From Candidatus Buchananbacteria bacterium (GTDB taxonomy: Bacteria; Patescibacteriota; Patescibacteriia; 2-01-FULL-39-33): a DNA stretch of 64,000 nt. This document shows, one piece after another, positions 39,629-47,722 of the stretch. A model generated the notes under the pieces. The model saw only the letters and a list, made by a program, of their open reading frames with translations. It was not told where the DNA came from and searched no databases. Numbering within the stretch: position 1 is the stretch's first letter; each line of letters begins with the position of its first letter. Location: assembly GCA_903888345.1 (NCBI GenBank), contig CAISTG010000015.1, positions 11,474 through 75,473 on the forward strand, in the 5' to 3' direction. The position numbers were made by a program, and so were the translations under genes.

Positions 39629-40774
39629 TTATTTTTTGGCAAACTTCTTTAAAGTTTTACTAATAACCATTACTACTTGCTTATCTAAAACAGTTGGCAA
39701 GATTTTATTCTTAGTTGGTTTAACAACTGAGGCAATCGCTTGTGCTACCGCAATCTTCATTTCCGTTGTTACTTGTTTAATTTTATAATCCAATAAGCCA
39801 CGGAAAATTCCGGGGAACACTAAAGCGTTATTAATTTGATTGGGAAAATCGGATCGGCCAGTACCAACAATCCCCGCGCCCGCCGCTAAGGCGGCCTCCG
39901 GCATAATCTCGGGCACCGGATTAGCCATCGCAAAAATAATTGGCTCAGGTGCCATACTTTTAATCATCGCTGGCGTCAACTGATTACCTTTGGAAACTCC
40001 AATAAAAACATCGGCTCCAATTAAAGCTTGTTTCAAATCACCTTTTAAATGACTCCTATTAGTTTTCAGGCTGATATCACACTTAACAGTATTCAGGTTC
40101 AGACAATCCTGGTAAATTGTGCCGCGGCTATCAAGTAAAATAATATCGGCAACTTGTTGTTCGATTAATAATCTAGCGATCGCAATACCCGCTGCTCCCG
40201 CACCATTGATGACGATTTTTAAGGAAGACAGCTTTTTCTTCGTCACCTTAACCGCATTAATTAAGGCGGCTAAAACTACGATCGCGGTCCCGTCCTGATC
40301 ATCGTGAAAAACCGGAATTGTTAATTCTCTTTCTAATCGTTCTAAAATTTCAAAACATTCTGGCGCCGCAATGTCTTCCAAATTAATGCCGCCGAAACTC
40401 GGTTCAATTTCTTTACAGAATTTAATAATCGCCTCGGGCTCGCGTGAATTAATACATAGTGGTATCGCATCAACCCCACCTAATTCTTTAAAGATCACTG
40501 CCTTACCTTCCATGACTGGCATCGCTGCTTCCGGACCAAGATTTCCTAAGCCCAAAACAGCAGTACCATTACTAACAATTGCCACTTGATTGGAGCGGTT
40601 AGTGTAAATCCACGATTTGCTTTTATCAACACCGATCGCCGCTGAAACCGCTCCGACACCCGGAGTATACGCCAATGACAAATCACTCTGATTTTTGATT
40701 GCTATTTTTGACTTTATTTCGATTTTACCACGATTTTTCTGATGTAGCTCTAATGACTTTTTATTATAATCCAT
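39629..40774 (-). CDS. NAD(P)-dependent malic enzyme
   Basis: LAYTPGV, GTAVLGLG, MEGK, INLEDI, FHDDQ.GT, GAGAAG, ANPVPE, NQINN. Confidence 0.95.
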   Translation of the reverse strand: MDYNKKSLELHQKNRGKIEIKSKIAIKNQSDLSLAYTPGVGAVSAAIGVDKSKSWIYTNRSNQVAIVSNGTAVLGLGNLGPEAAMPVMEGKAVIFKELGGVDAIPLCINSREPEAIIKFCKEIEPSFGGINLEDIAAPECFEILERLERELTIPVFHDDQDGTAIVVLAALINAVKVTKKKLSSLKIVINGAGAAGIAIARLLIEQQVADIILLDSRGTIYQDCLNLNTVKCDISLKTNRSHLKGDLKQALIGADVFIGVSKGNQLTPAMIKSMAPEPIIFAMANPVPEIMPEAALAAGAGIVGTGRSDFPNQINNALVFPGIFRGLLDYKIKQVTTEMKIAVAQAIASVVKPTKNKILPTVLDKQVVMVISKTLKKFAKK

Positions 40775-40926
40775 ATGTTGAAATATTTAATTGTTCTAAT
40801 TGTATCATTTATACAAAGATATTGCGATTTAACTTTCAAAATCATTAATCGACCGAAAATTAGCCAGCTATGAGCTTAAATGTTATAATATTTAGGCAAT
40901 CAGCTCGAAAAACTAACGCGCTACTT

Positions 40927-41487
40927 ATGTTAAAAAAATTTCTTTTAGTCTTCGGTGTTATTATTATTTTTACCGTCTACAGTCTTTATCAATATAATGG
41001 CTTTATCACGATTGGCGACGATGTTGGCGCCAACAACGAAACATCAGCTTTACCTCAGACCCTCCCAACGGCGAGCGCTCCGATTTCTGGCGAGATTGAA
41101 GATGATGATATGGTGCCAGTTGCCACCAACCCGGTAACTTCACCAGCACCCGTTGCCACTCCCGCTCCAGTTAAAACTCCGACCCCCACAACACCAACTG
41201 GCGTCTATCGCAATGGCACTTATAATGGCAATATAGTTAATGCCTACTATGGAAATATTCAAGTTCAAGTAGTTATTAGTAATGGCAAAATTTCTGACGT
41301 GATTTTTTTGAATTACCCCAGTGATCGTCGCAACTCGATCGCGATCAATAATTATGCAATGCCCATCTTAAAATCCGAAACGATCCAAGCCCAAAGCGCT
41401 TCAGTCAACGCTGTTTCTGGTGCCACCTTCACTAGCCAGGCCTTCAATCAATCATTAACTTCTGCCTTAAACCAAGCTAAAATTTAA
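40927..41487 (+). CDS. Membrane-anchored FMN-binding (flavinylated) protein; start re-placed at MLKKF
   Basis: N-terminal TM; Pro/Thr linker; Y.NGTY.G; flavinylation motif NAVSGAT. Confidence 0.9.
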   Translation: MLKKFLLVFGVIIIFTVYSLYQYNGFITIGDDVGANNETSALPQTLPTASAPISGEIEDDDMVPVATNPVTSPAPVATPAPVKTPTPTTPTGVYRNGTYNGNIVNAYYGNIQVQVVISNGKISDVIFLNYPSDRRNSIAINNYAMPILKSETIQAQSASVNAVSGATFTSQAFNQSLTSALNQAKI

Positions 41488-41489
41488 TT

Positions 41490-42263
41490 ATGAAAGAAAC
41501 TCGAGTCATGATGAACATGCCGATTACGGTTGAAATTACTGATACTTCAGCAACAACTACAGCGATGGAAAAAATATTTTCCTATTTTGAGTATGTTGAA
41601 AATAATTTTAGTGTTTTTAAAAATGATAGCGAAATCAGTCGCCTTAATCGTGGTGAATTACTGCCGGCCGATTACAGTCAGGAAATGAAAGAGGTATTAG
41701 AAAAATCAGACGCCACCAAACAAAGCACTAACGGCTACTTTGATATCTGGATCGCTGGCCGCCTTAATCCCTCCGGGCTAGTCAAAGGCTGGGCCATTCA
41801 CAACGCTGCCAAATTACTGCTGGCCGACGGTTTTAGGAATTTCTATGTTGACGCTGGTGGTGATCTGGAAGCGCACGGTCACAACGCTAACGGCGCCCCT
41901 TGGACTATCGGCATTAGAAACCCGTTTAACTTAAATGAAAATGTTAAAATAATTTACTTACCCGAATCAGGCTTGGGGGTCGCGACTTCCGGCACCTATA
42001 TTCGCGGCCAACACATCATTAATCCTCACGATAACTCAACACCCTTAACTGACATTGTCAGTCTGACAATTATTGGTCCCAACATTTATGAAGCTGATCG
42101 CTTCGCTACCGCAGCTTTCGCTATGGGGCGATCAGGCATCAATTTTATTGAAGGACTCAATGGCTTTGAAGGTTATAGTATCGATCAAGCTGGCCGGGCA
42201 ACTATGACTAGCGGTTTCGAACAATACACCATTAAACCAGCAGTAGCAACTTCTAAAATTTAA
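41490..42263 (+). CDS. apbE: FAD:protein FMN transferase
   Basis: FS.F...SE.SRLN, G.FD, SGLVKGWA, AGGD, ATSG.Y.RG.HI..P, AD..ATA. Confidence 0.93.
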   Translation: MKETRVMMNMPITVEITDTSATTTAMEKIFSYFEYVENNFSVFKNDSEISRLNRGELLPADYSQEMKEVLEKSDATKQSTNGYFDIWIAGRLNPSGLVKGWAIHNAAKLLLADGFRNFYVDAGGDLEAHGHNANGAPWTIGIRNPFNLNENVKIIYLPESGLGVATSGTYIRGQHIINPHDNSTPLTDIVSLTIIGPNIYEADRFATAAFAMGRSGINFIEGLNGFEGYSIDQAGRATMTSGFEQYTIKPAVATSKI

Positions 42264-42266
42264 CTT

Positions 42267-43796
42267 ATGCTAAAATTCATCGACAACTGGCTCAATAAAA
42301 TTACCATGTATCGCCTGATTCTCTACTATTTGATCGGGTTGTGGTTGGTGGCGATTGTATTTTCGGCGCTTGGCATCATGCCTTATCGTGTTTCGGCTTT
42401 ATTATTTTCCGCCTTTTTTATTACCGTTGTTTGCTGGGTAGTTAATAAAGTTTTTGCGATTGTTTACAAAGCGCCGATGAATATGGAATCGCTTTATATT
42501 ACAGCGTTTATTCTGGTGTTAATTATTACCCCCAATCAACCAACTAATTACCTCCAATATCTGTCACTGGCCGGCTGGGCAGCAGTCTGGGCCATGGCGT
42601 CCAAGTTTATTTTTGCCTATCGTAACAAACACATCTTTAATCCCGCGGCCATCGCGGTCGTTATCACCTCCTTCGCCCTTAATCAATCAGCGACTTGGTG
42701 GGTGGGAACCGCGCCGATGGCTTTCTTTGTCATTATTGGCGGTATTTTAATTGTTCGTAAAATCCGCCGTACTGATTTGCTTTTAAGTTTTTTTGGAGTT
42801 TCTCTAACTTTGATTTTTGGTTATTACCTCTGGGTCGGCCAAAATTTCTGGACCATCGCTCAAAATTCACTACTCTCCTCTTCGTTGCTGTTTTTTGCTT
42901 TTGTGATGCTGACCGAACCCTTAACCACACCACCAACGCGCAAACTACGAATTATTTATGGCGCTTTAACCGGTTTCTTGTCCGCGCCCTTTATTCATCT
43001 CGGCTCAATTTATTTCACACCAGAATTAGCACTCGTCTTAGGTAATATTTTTTCCTTTGCCGTCAGTCCAAAACATAAGTTAATTTTGTCGCTCCGCAAT
43101 ATCACGAAGATTGCCAATGATACTTACCATTTTTGGTTTGATAGCGATCGTGAGTTAACTTTTAAGCCTGGTCAATATTTGGAATGGACTTTGAGCCACC
43201 CGCAACCAGATAGCCGTGGTAATCGCCGTTACTTTACTATCGCCTCCGCACCAACCGAAAAAGGTATTGGCCTCGGGGTCAAGTTTTATCCCCAGTCCAG
43301 CACCTTTAAGCAACATTTAGCTCAGTTAAAACCCGGTGATCAAATTATTGCTGCTCAATTAGCCGGCGACTTTACCTTGCCAACCGACCCCAACAAAAAG
43401 CTCGTCCTGATTGCCGGCGGTATTGGTATCACCCCCTTCCGCAGCATGATTCAATATTTAATTGACACCAAAGAGCAGCGCGACATCGTTTTAATGTATT
43501 CCAATAATCAACTAGCCGATATCGCTTATCAAGACATTTTGACCGCAGCACAAAAGCAACTCAACCTTAAAACAATTTACGTCTTAACTGATCAAGCAAC
43601 TATGCCAGCCAATTGGCACGGCGAAAAAGGTTACATCGACGCCGCCATGATTACTCGAACTATTCCCGATCACCAAGAGCGATTATTTTATATCTCTGGT
43701 CCGCACTCAATGGTGGTTAGCGCCATCGAAGCATTGAAGCTTCTCAAAATTACTGGTGACCATATTAAAACTGACTTCTTCCCTGGCTTTGCCTAA
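42267..43796 (+). CDS. RnfD/NqrB-like membrane domain fused to an FNR-type FAD/NAD(P)H oxidoreductase
   Basis: HIFNPAA, MLTEPLTTP; RRYFTIASAP, AGGIGITPF, YISGP, C-terminal D.F. Confidence 0.9.
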   Translation: MLKFIDNWLNKITMYRLILYYLIGLWLVAIVFSALGIMPYRVSALLFSAFFITVVCWVVNKVFAIVYKAPMNMESLYITAFILVLIITPNQPTNYLQYLSLAGWAAVWAMASKFIFAYRNKHIFNPAAIAVVITSFALNQSATWWVGTAPMAFFVIIGGILIVRKIRRTDLLLSFFGVSLTLIFGYYLWVGQNFWTIAQNSLLSSSLLFFAFVMLTEPLTTPPTRKLRIIYGALTGFLSAPFIHLGSIYFTPELALVLGNIFSFAVSPKHKLILSLRNITKIANDTYHFWFDSDRELTFKPGQYLEWTLSHPQPDSRGNRRYFTIASAPTEKGIGLGVKFYPQSSTFKQHLAQLKPGDQIIAAQLAGDFTLPTDPNKKLVLIAGGIGITPFRSMIQYLIDTKEQRDIVLMYSNNQLADIAYQDILTAAQKQLNLKTIYVLTDQATMPANWHGEKGYIDAAMITRTIPDHQERLFYISGPHSMVVSAIEALKLLKITGDHIKTDFFPGFA

Positions 43797-43812
43797 AATA
43801 ATTTATATATGT

Positions 43813-44106
43813 ATGACTGATATTAGAAAATATTCTGACCGAAAAGAATATTTAATAAAAGCAGTGTCCGAGAGAAGAAGAAAACTTCGTGATCTAGCAA
43901 TACAATATAAAGGCAATAAGTGTGAAATCTGCGGCTACGACAAATGCCGACAAGCTCTTGAATTTCATCATAAAGATACCACCTTGAAAGACTTTGGCAT
44001 TTCGGCCAAGGGATATACGAGAGCATGGAAAAATATTAAGAACGAACTGGATAAATGTATTATGGTATGTGCTAATTGTCATCGAGAACTCCATAATAAT
44101 ATTTAA
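43813..44106 (+). CDS. HNH endonuclease with Cys4 Zn site; start re-placed at MTDIRK
   Basis: CEICGY, LEFHH, CANCHRELH. Confidence 0.88.
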   Translation: MTDIRKYSDRKEYLIKAVSERRRKLRDLAIQYKGNKCEICGYDKCRQALEFHHKDTTLKDFGISAKGYTRAWKNIKNELDKCIMVCANCHRELHNNI

Positions 44107-44112
44107 ATTATT

Positions 44113-44143
44113 AAAAAAACAGAGACTTAATTCTCTGTTTTTT
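44113..44143. terminator. Bidirectional terminator
   Basis: aaaaaacagaga/tctctgtttttt. Confidence 0.75.
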
Positions 44144-44166
44144 AAAAAATATTTGAAGTTAGATTT

Positions 44167-44370
44167 TTAACCTTTTAAATATTTACCGGCAACACTCAAA
44201 GCAAATGAAGGCAAGATAATAAAAACGATGGCAAATAAAAGTCTGATCAAGATTTCGCTAATAAATGAATCCGCCTTATCCGGACCAGAGCCAGTAAACA
44301 CCACTAAGAGTCCAATAACCCCGAAGGCAATCGAAGCACCAATAAAAATCTGCGTGGCAATTTTTTGCAT
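44167..44370 (-). CDS. Small two-TM membrane protein
   Basis: 67 aa, two hydrophobic helices. Confidence 0.7.
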   Translation of the reverse strand: MQKIATQIFIGASIAFGVIGLLVVFTGSGPDKADSFISEILIRLLFAIVFIILPSFALSVAGKYLKG

Positions 44371-44457
44371 ATTTTTGGTTTAATTTAAGGGCTTAGCCCT
44401 GAGGCGTAAAGCGCCACCAATAACGGTGGTGACAAGTTACAGTAAACAAGTTCTAGG

Positions 44458-44763
44458 CTCAGCGGACTGGATTCGAACCAGTAACCTACCGGTTACACTT
44501 ATCCCTAACTTTCGTTAAAGCGTGGACTATATCATTACCTTTTTTCCTGACGGAATTTTAGGTATCGGGCGCTTCGAATTAGCTACTGCTAACCCTACTC
44601 CCTTGCGGGATAGTCTCTGCACCTTTCCGCCGAGGCGGACTTGGCTCAGGATTACCATTTTAAAGGCTTCCCTGAATTCACCCGATTTTCATTCCGAAGT
44701 TTCCTTCGGAAGCTGCGTCTTATTTGTTCACAGCCGGTTGCTCTACCATTGAGCTACCGCTGA
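44458..44763 (-). tRNA. tRNA-Asn(GUU), intron-split (exon 1 44763-44730, exon 2 44495-44458)
   Basis: Spliced sequence TCAGCGGTAGCTCAATGGTAGAGCAACCGGCTGT^TAACCGGTAGGTTACTGGTTCGAATCCAGTCCGCTGAG folds as a full cloverleaf; U1-A72, G73; CCA not encoded. Confidence 0.95.
44496..44729 (-). ncRNA. Group I intron (234 nt) between anticodon positions 35 and 36
   Basis: 5' exon ends in U; P1 GCUGU/GCAGC with U.G pair; P AAUUCAGGGAA, Q AAUCCUGAGC, R GCAGAGACUA, S GAUAUAGUCC; P3 AUCGGGU/GCCCGAU; GAAA loops on P2 and P9; terminal G. Confidence 0.93.
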
Positions 44764-44828
44764 GCTTAAAGCTTGTTTATATATCATCCGTTTTTTAACG
44801 GACTTATTTTAAGGTAGCGATGTTAATC

Positions 44829-44857
44829 ATATTAGCAATAATTTCGACCTTTGTCAA
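44829..44857 (-). promoter_or_regulatory. tRNA promoter
   Basis: TTGACA-17-TAATAT. Confidence 0.65.
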
Positions 44858-45010
44858 TAATTTATTGGCTGTGGACAAACCACTAACGATTACACTAATT
44901 ATTTAAATTTCTTGACATTTTTTTAAAAATATGATAAAAATAACGATGCTCTTTCACAATCACCAGCCCTCATTATTAGAGGGTAATTAACACTAAAAGG
45001 AGTTGACTCA

Positions 45011-45658
45011 ATGCAAGCTAAGCATGATTTGCGATATTTAGACTTACTACTATGCGCCATCATGATTATTCCCATGGCGTTAACAATTATGATTTTCGCG
45101 CTACTGATTAAACTCACTACCAATCATTCCGCTTTCTTTATCCAAAAACGAATCGGCCTGAATGGCGCGATTATTAACGTCGTTAAGCTCCGAACAATGT
45201 ATGAGCAGGAAAAAACCAACTGCTTGGGCCGATTTTTGCGGCGCTTTGGTCTCGATGAACTACCGCAAGCCTGCTGGAATATTCCCCGCGGCGAAATGTC
45301 GTTTTTCGGACCACGCCCCTTGCCCCTAGAAGAGGCCGGGGCTAACATTGTCAGCGGTCGAACCTGTCGCCGCTCCGGCATTATCAATATCTTTTCAGCC
45401 ATTGCCGGTCCAGCTAAAGGCCATCAGCCGACGGAACTGCATTATTATTTCGAAGACTTCGAATTGCAACATTGGTCAAAATTATGGATAGCCAAGCTCA
45501 TTCTGGCTTTGATTCATTCATTGTTGTGGCGCAAAAACATGGCGGCGCGTTTAAGATTCTTCGGTTTTGACCAGCAACTACTGGAACTACTGAAGGAAAC
45601 GACCAACCGCACACCAGGAGATAATCATGGGATTTCATCGATGCCAATACTGCCTTGA
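45011..45658 (+). CDS. Second, more divergent phosphoglycosyl transferase (SD-led)
   Basis: R.LD, KLRTM, FLRRFGLDELPQ, GEMSFFGPRP; SD AAAGGAG; TTGACA at 44912. Confidence 0.8.
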   Translation: MQAKHDLRYLDLLLCAIMIIPMALTIMIFALLIKLTTNHSAFFIQKRIGLNGAIINVVKLRTMYEQEKTNCLGRFLRRFGLDELPQACWNIPRGEMSFFGPRPLPLEEAGANIVSGRTCRRSGIINIFSAIAGPAKGHQPTELHYYFEDFELQHWSKLWIAKLILALIHSLLWRKNMAARLRFFGFDQQLLELLKETTNRTPGDNHGISSMPILP

Positions 45659-46268
45659 ACCAACCAGGGAGCCACATCAATTTCCCAATCTGTCGACTGG
45701 CGATATTAATTTATCGTTCACTAGTGGACGGAGTTGGGTCATGCCGGATATGATCTGTCATTACATGGCAGATCACAAGTGGTTACCCCCGCAAGATTTC
45801 ATCGACGACGTGCTGACTAGCAAGCTCTGCATAAAGCACCAAGGCTCGAGTGGCTACCAAACAGTTGCCCAATCAATTAGGCGAGTAACTACTATTATGA
45901 CCGGAACTAAAATCGGTTATCTAACCGGTGATTTTACCACCGGAACTGTACCGCCCGGTTTCCTAGCTCGATTGAAGATACTAATGGATTTGGCCACGAC
46001 TAATTTAATGCGGGTGCAAACCAAAGGTTTACCGCCAGCCTACATTAAATCAGCGGCCATCAAGGATCAAAACGGCGTCGTCTATGTTGGCCATCGCCAT
46101 CACAAAATCTTCCCGCTGATGCCCGAAGAATTGATTCGCGACAGCGTCCAGGGATTCGTCACTAATGCCGACCGCTTCGTTACTCGTGAAGAAGGCGCCG
46201 CTATCGCTTATACTGCCGGGCAAATTCCCGAACCGAAGAAGACTTTATTTTCCGAAGATCTTTATTAA
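45627..46268 (+). CDS. Hypothetical two-domain protein (Cys/His N-domain + phage-like C-domain)
   Basis: G.H.C..C...P.MI.HY...H.W.PP..FI; then AAI...G.RH...QGFVTN..RFVTREE...LFSEDLY; SD CAGGAG. Confidence 0.7.
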   Translation: MGFHRCQYCLEPTREPHQFPNLSTGDINLSFTSGRSWVMPDMICHYMADHKWLPPQDFIDDVLTSKLCIKHQGSSGYQTVAQSIRRVTTIMTGTKIGYLTGDFTTGTVPPGFLARLKILMDLATTNLMRVQTKGLPPAYIKSAAIKDQNGVVYVGHRHHKIFPLMPEELIRDSVQGFVTNADRFVTREEGAAIAYTAGQIPEPKKTLFSEDLY

Positions 46269-46275
46269 ACAACAA

Positions 46276-46308
46276 CGGCCACCCCGCAAGAGGTGGCCGC
46301 TTTTTTTT
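46276..46308 (+). terminator. Terminator of the 45011 cassette
   Basis: cggccacc/ggtggccg followed by T8. Confidence 0.8.
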
Positions 46309-46326
46309 ATATTTATGATAACTACA

Positions 46327-46352
46327 GGATTCCCGCCTTCGCGGGAATGACA
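46327..46352. repeat. Single REP-like hairpin ending in TGAC
   Basis: ggattcccgc-cttc-gcgggaatgaca. Confidence 0.7.
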
Positions 46353-46357
46353 GCGGA

Positions 46358-47644
46358 TTAGTAATCACGTAACTTTTCAATACCTTTAATCTTCATCACT
46401 TTTTCTAAGGCTTTGGCTTCGATCTGACGGATACGTTCGCGAGTCACATCAAATTCCTTACCAACTTCTTCTAAGGTATGAGCCACACCATCTTTCAAGC
46501 CAAAACGCATTTCCAAAACTTTTTGTTCTCTAGGCGTTAATTCGGACATCACCTCTTTAACATAATCGCTCAAGATTTCTAGCCCAGCAGAACGATCGGG
46601 CGTCATGGTCTTCTGGTCTTCAATAAAATCTTCCAACACACTATCTTCGCTATCATCACCAACTGGCGTGCCGAGTGAAATAGTTTCTTGCGAGATTTTA
46701 ATAATATGATTAACCTTATCCAAATCATCACCCATTTCCGCCGCAATTTCCTCGGGCATTGGTTCACGTCCTAAGTCCTGTACTAAGCGTCGTTCCACTT
46801 GTTGGAAACGATTAATATTTTCTACCATATGCACCGGAATACGAATCGTACGGGATTGATCAGCGAGTGATCTAGTAATTGCCTGGCGAATCCACCAGGT
46901 AGCATAAGTCGAGAATTTGTAACCTTTATGATAATCAAATTTTTCAACAGCACGGAAAAGACCGATGTTGCCTTCTTGAATCAAGTCTAATAATGATAAA
47001 TTTTTACCAGTGAATTTCTTAGCGATCGAAACCACTAAACGTAAATTTGATTTAATTAATTTTTGTTTCGCTTCAGCATCACCACGTTCAATCCGCTTCG
47101 CTAATTGCACTTCCTCATCAGTCGAGAGCAATGGCACCTTGCCGATTTCGCGCAAATACATTTGAATCGAGTCAGCGGAGATATCCCCCAAATCAATATT
47201 ATCAGACAAAGTAATCTTAGCAGTTTTTTTGGCGGTTTCTAAATTCAATAAGCCAGTACCTGGTTTCGCTAGTAACGATGGAGTTTCCACCACTGCCAAA
47301 CTCGCTGCTTCTAAATCATCAAGTAGAGTTTCATATTTATCGAGATACTCTTCGATTTCCGGAAACAAAAAAGAAATTTCTTGTTCCGTCACAAAACCAC
47401 GCAACTTGCCCTTTTTGATTAAGGCGTTGATCTCGTCCAAGTTCGGCTCCACGATGACGTGTGGTTCTGGCTTCGGAACAATAACTTTCTTGAATGGTTT
47501 TTTAATGGCCTTAGGCTTCAAAAATTTCTTAATTGGTTTTTTAACGACCTTCAAAGATTTTTTGGCAACAACCGGCTTGACGATTTTTTTGATCGCCTTT
47601 TTAACTTTAACGGGTTTAACCGCTTTCTTAATTGGTTTTTTCAT
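46358..47644 (-). CDS. rpoD: Primary sigma factor (start re-placed at MKKPIKK)
   Basis: [55 protein letters not shown]; follows dnaG. Confidence 0.96.
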   Translation of the reverse strand: MKKPIKKAVKPVKVKKAIKKIVKPVVAKKSLKVVKKPIKKFLKPKAIKKPFKKVIVPKPEPHVIVEPNLDEINALIKKGKLRGFVTEQEISFLFPEIEEYLDKYETLLDDLEAASLAVVETPSLLAKPGTGLLNLETAKKTAKITLSDNIDLGDISADSIQMYLREIGKVPLLSTDEEVQLAKRIERGDAEAKQKLIKSNLRLVVSIAKKFTGKNLSLLDLIQEGNIGLFRAVEKFDYHKGYKFSTYATWWIRQAITRSLADQSRTIRIPVHMVENINRFQQVERRLVQDLGREPMPEEIAAEMGDDLDKVNHIIKISQETISLGTPVGDDSEDSVLEDFIEDQKTMTPDRSAGLEILSDYVKEVMSELTPREQKVLEMRFGLKDGVAHTLEEVGKEFDVTRERIRQIEAKALEKVMKIKGIEKLRDY

Positions 47645-47722
47645 GTGGCTAAAATTAATTCCGACGGTAGCGCACAAGTAGCGCTAGTGTTAGAATGATT
47701 TAAATTAGTACTTCACAAATCA

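Noticed and set aside
44522-44752. 76-aa ORF as an intron-encoded protein
   Set aside because: It is antisense to the tRNA and intron, overlaps the exon and has no nuclease motif
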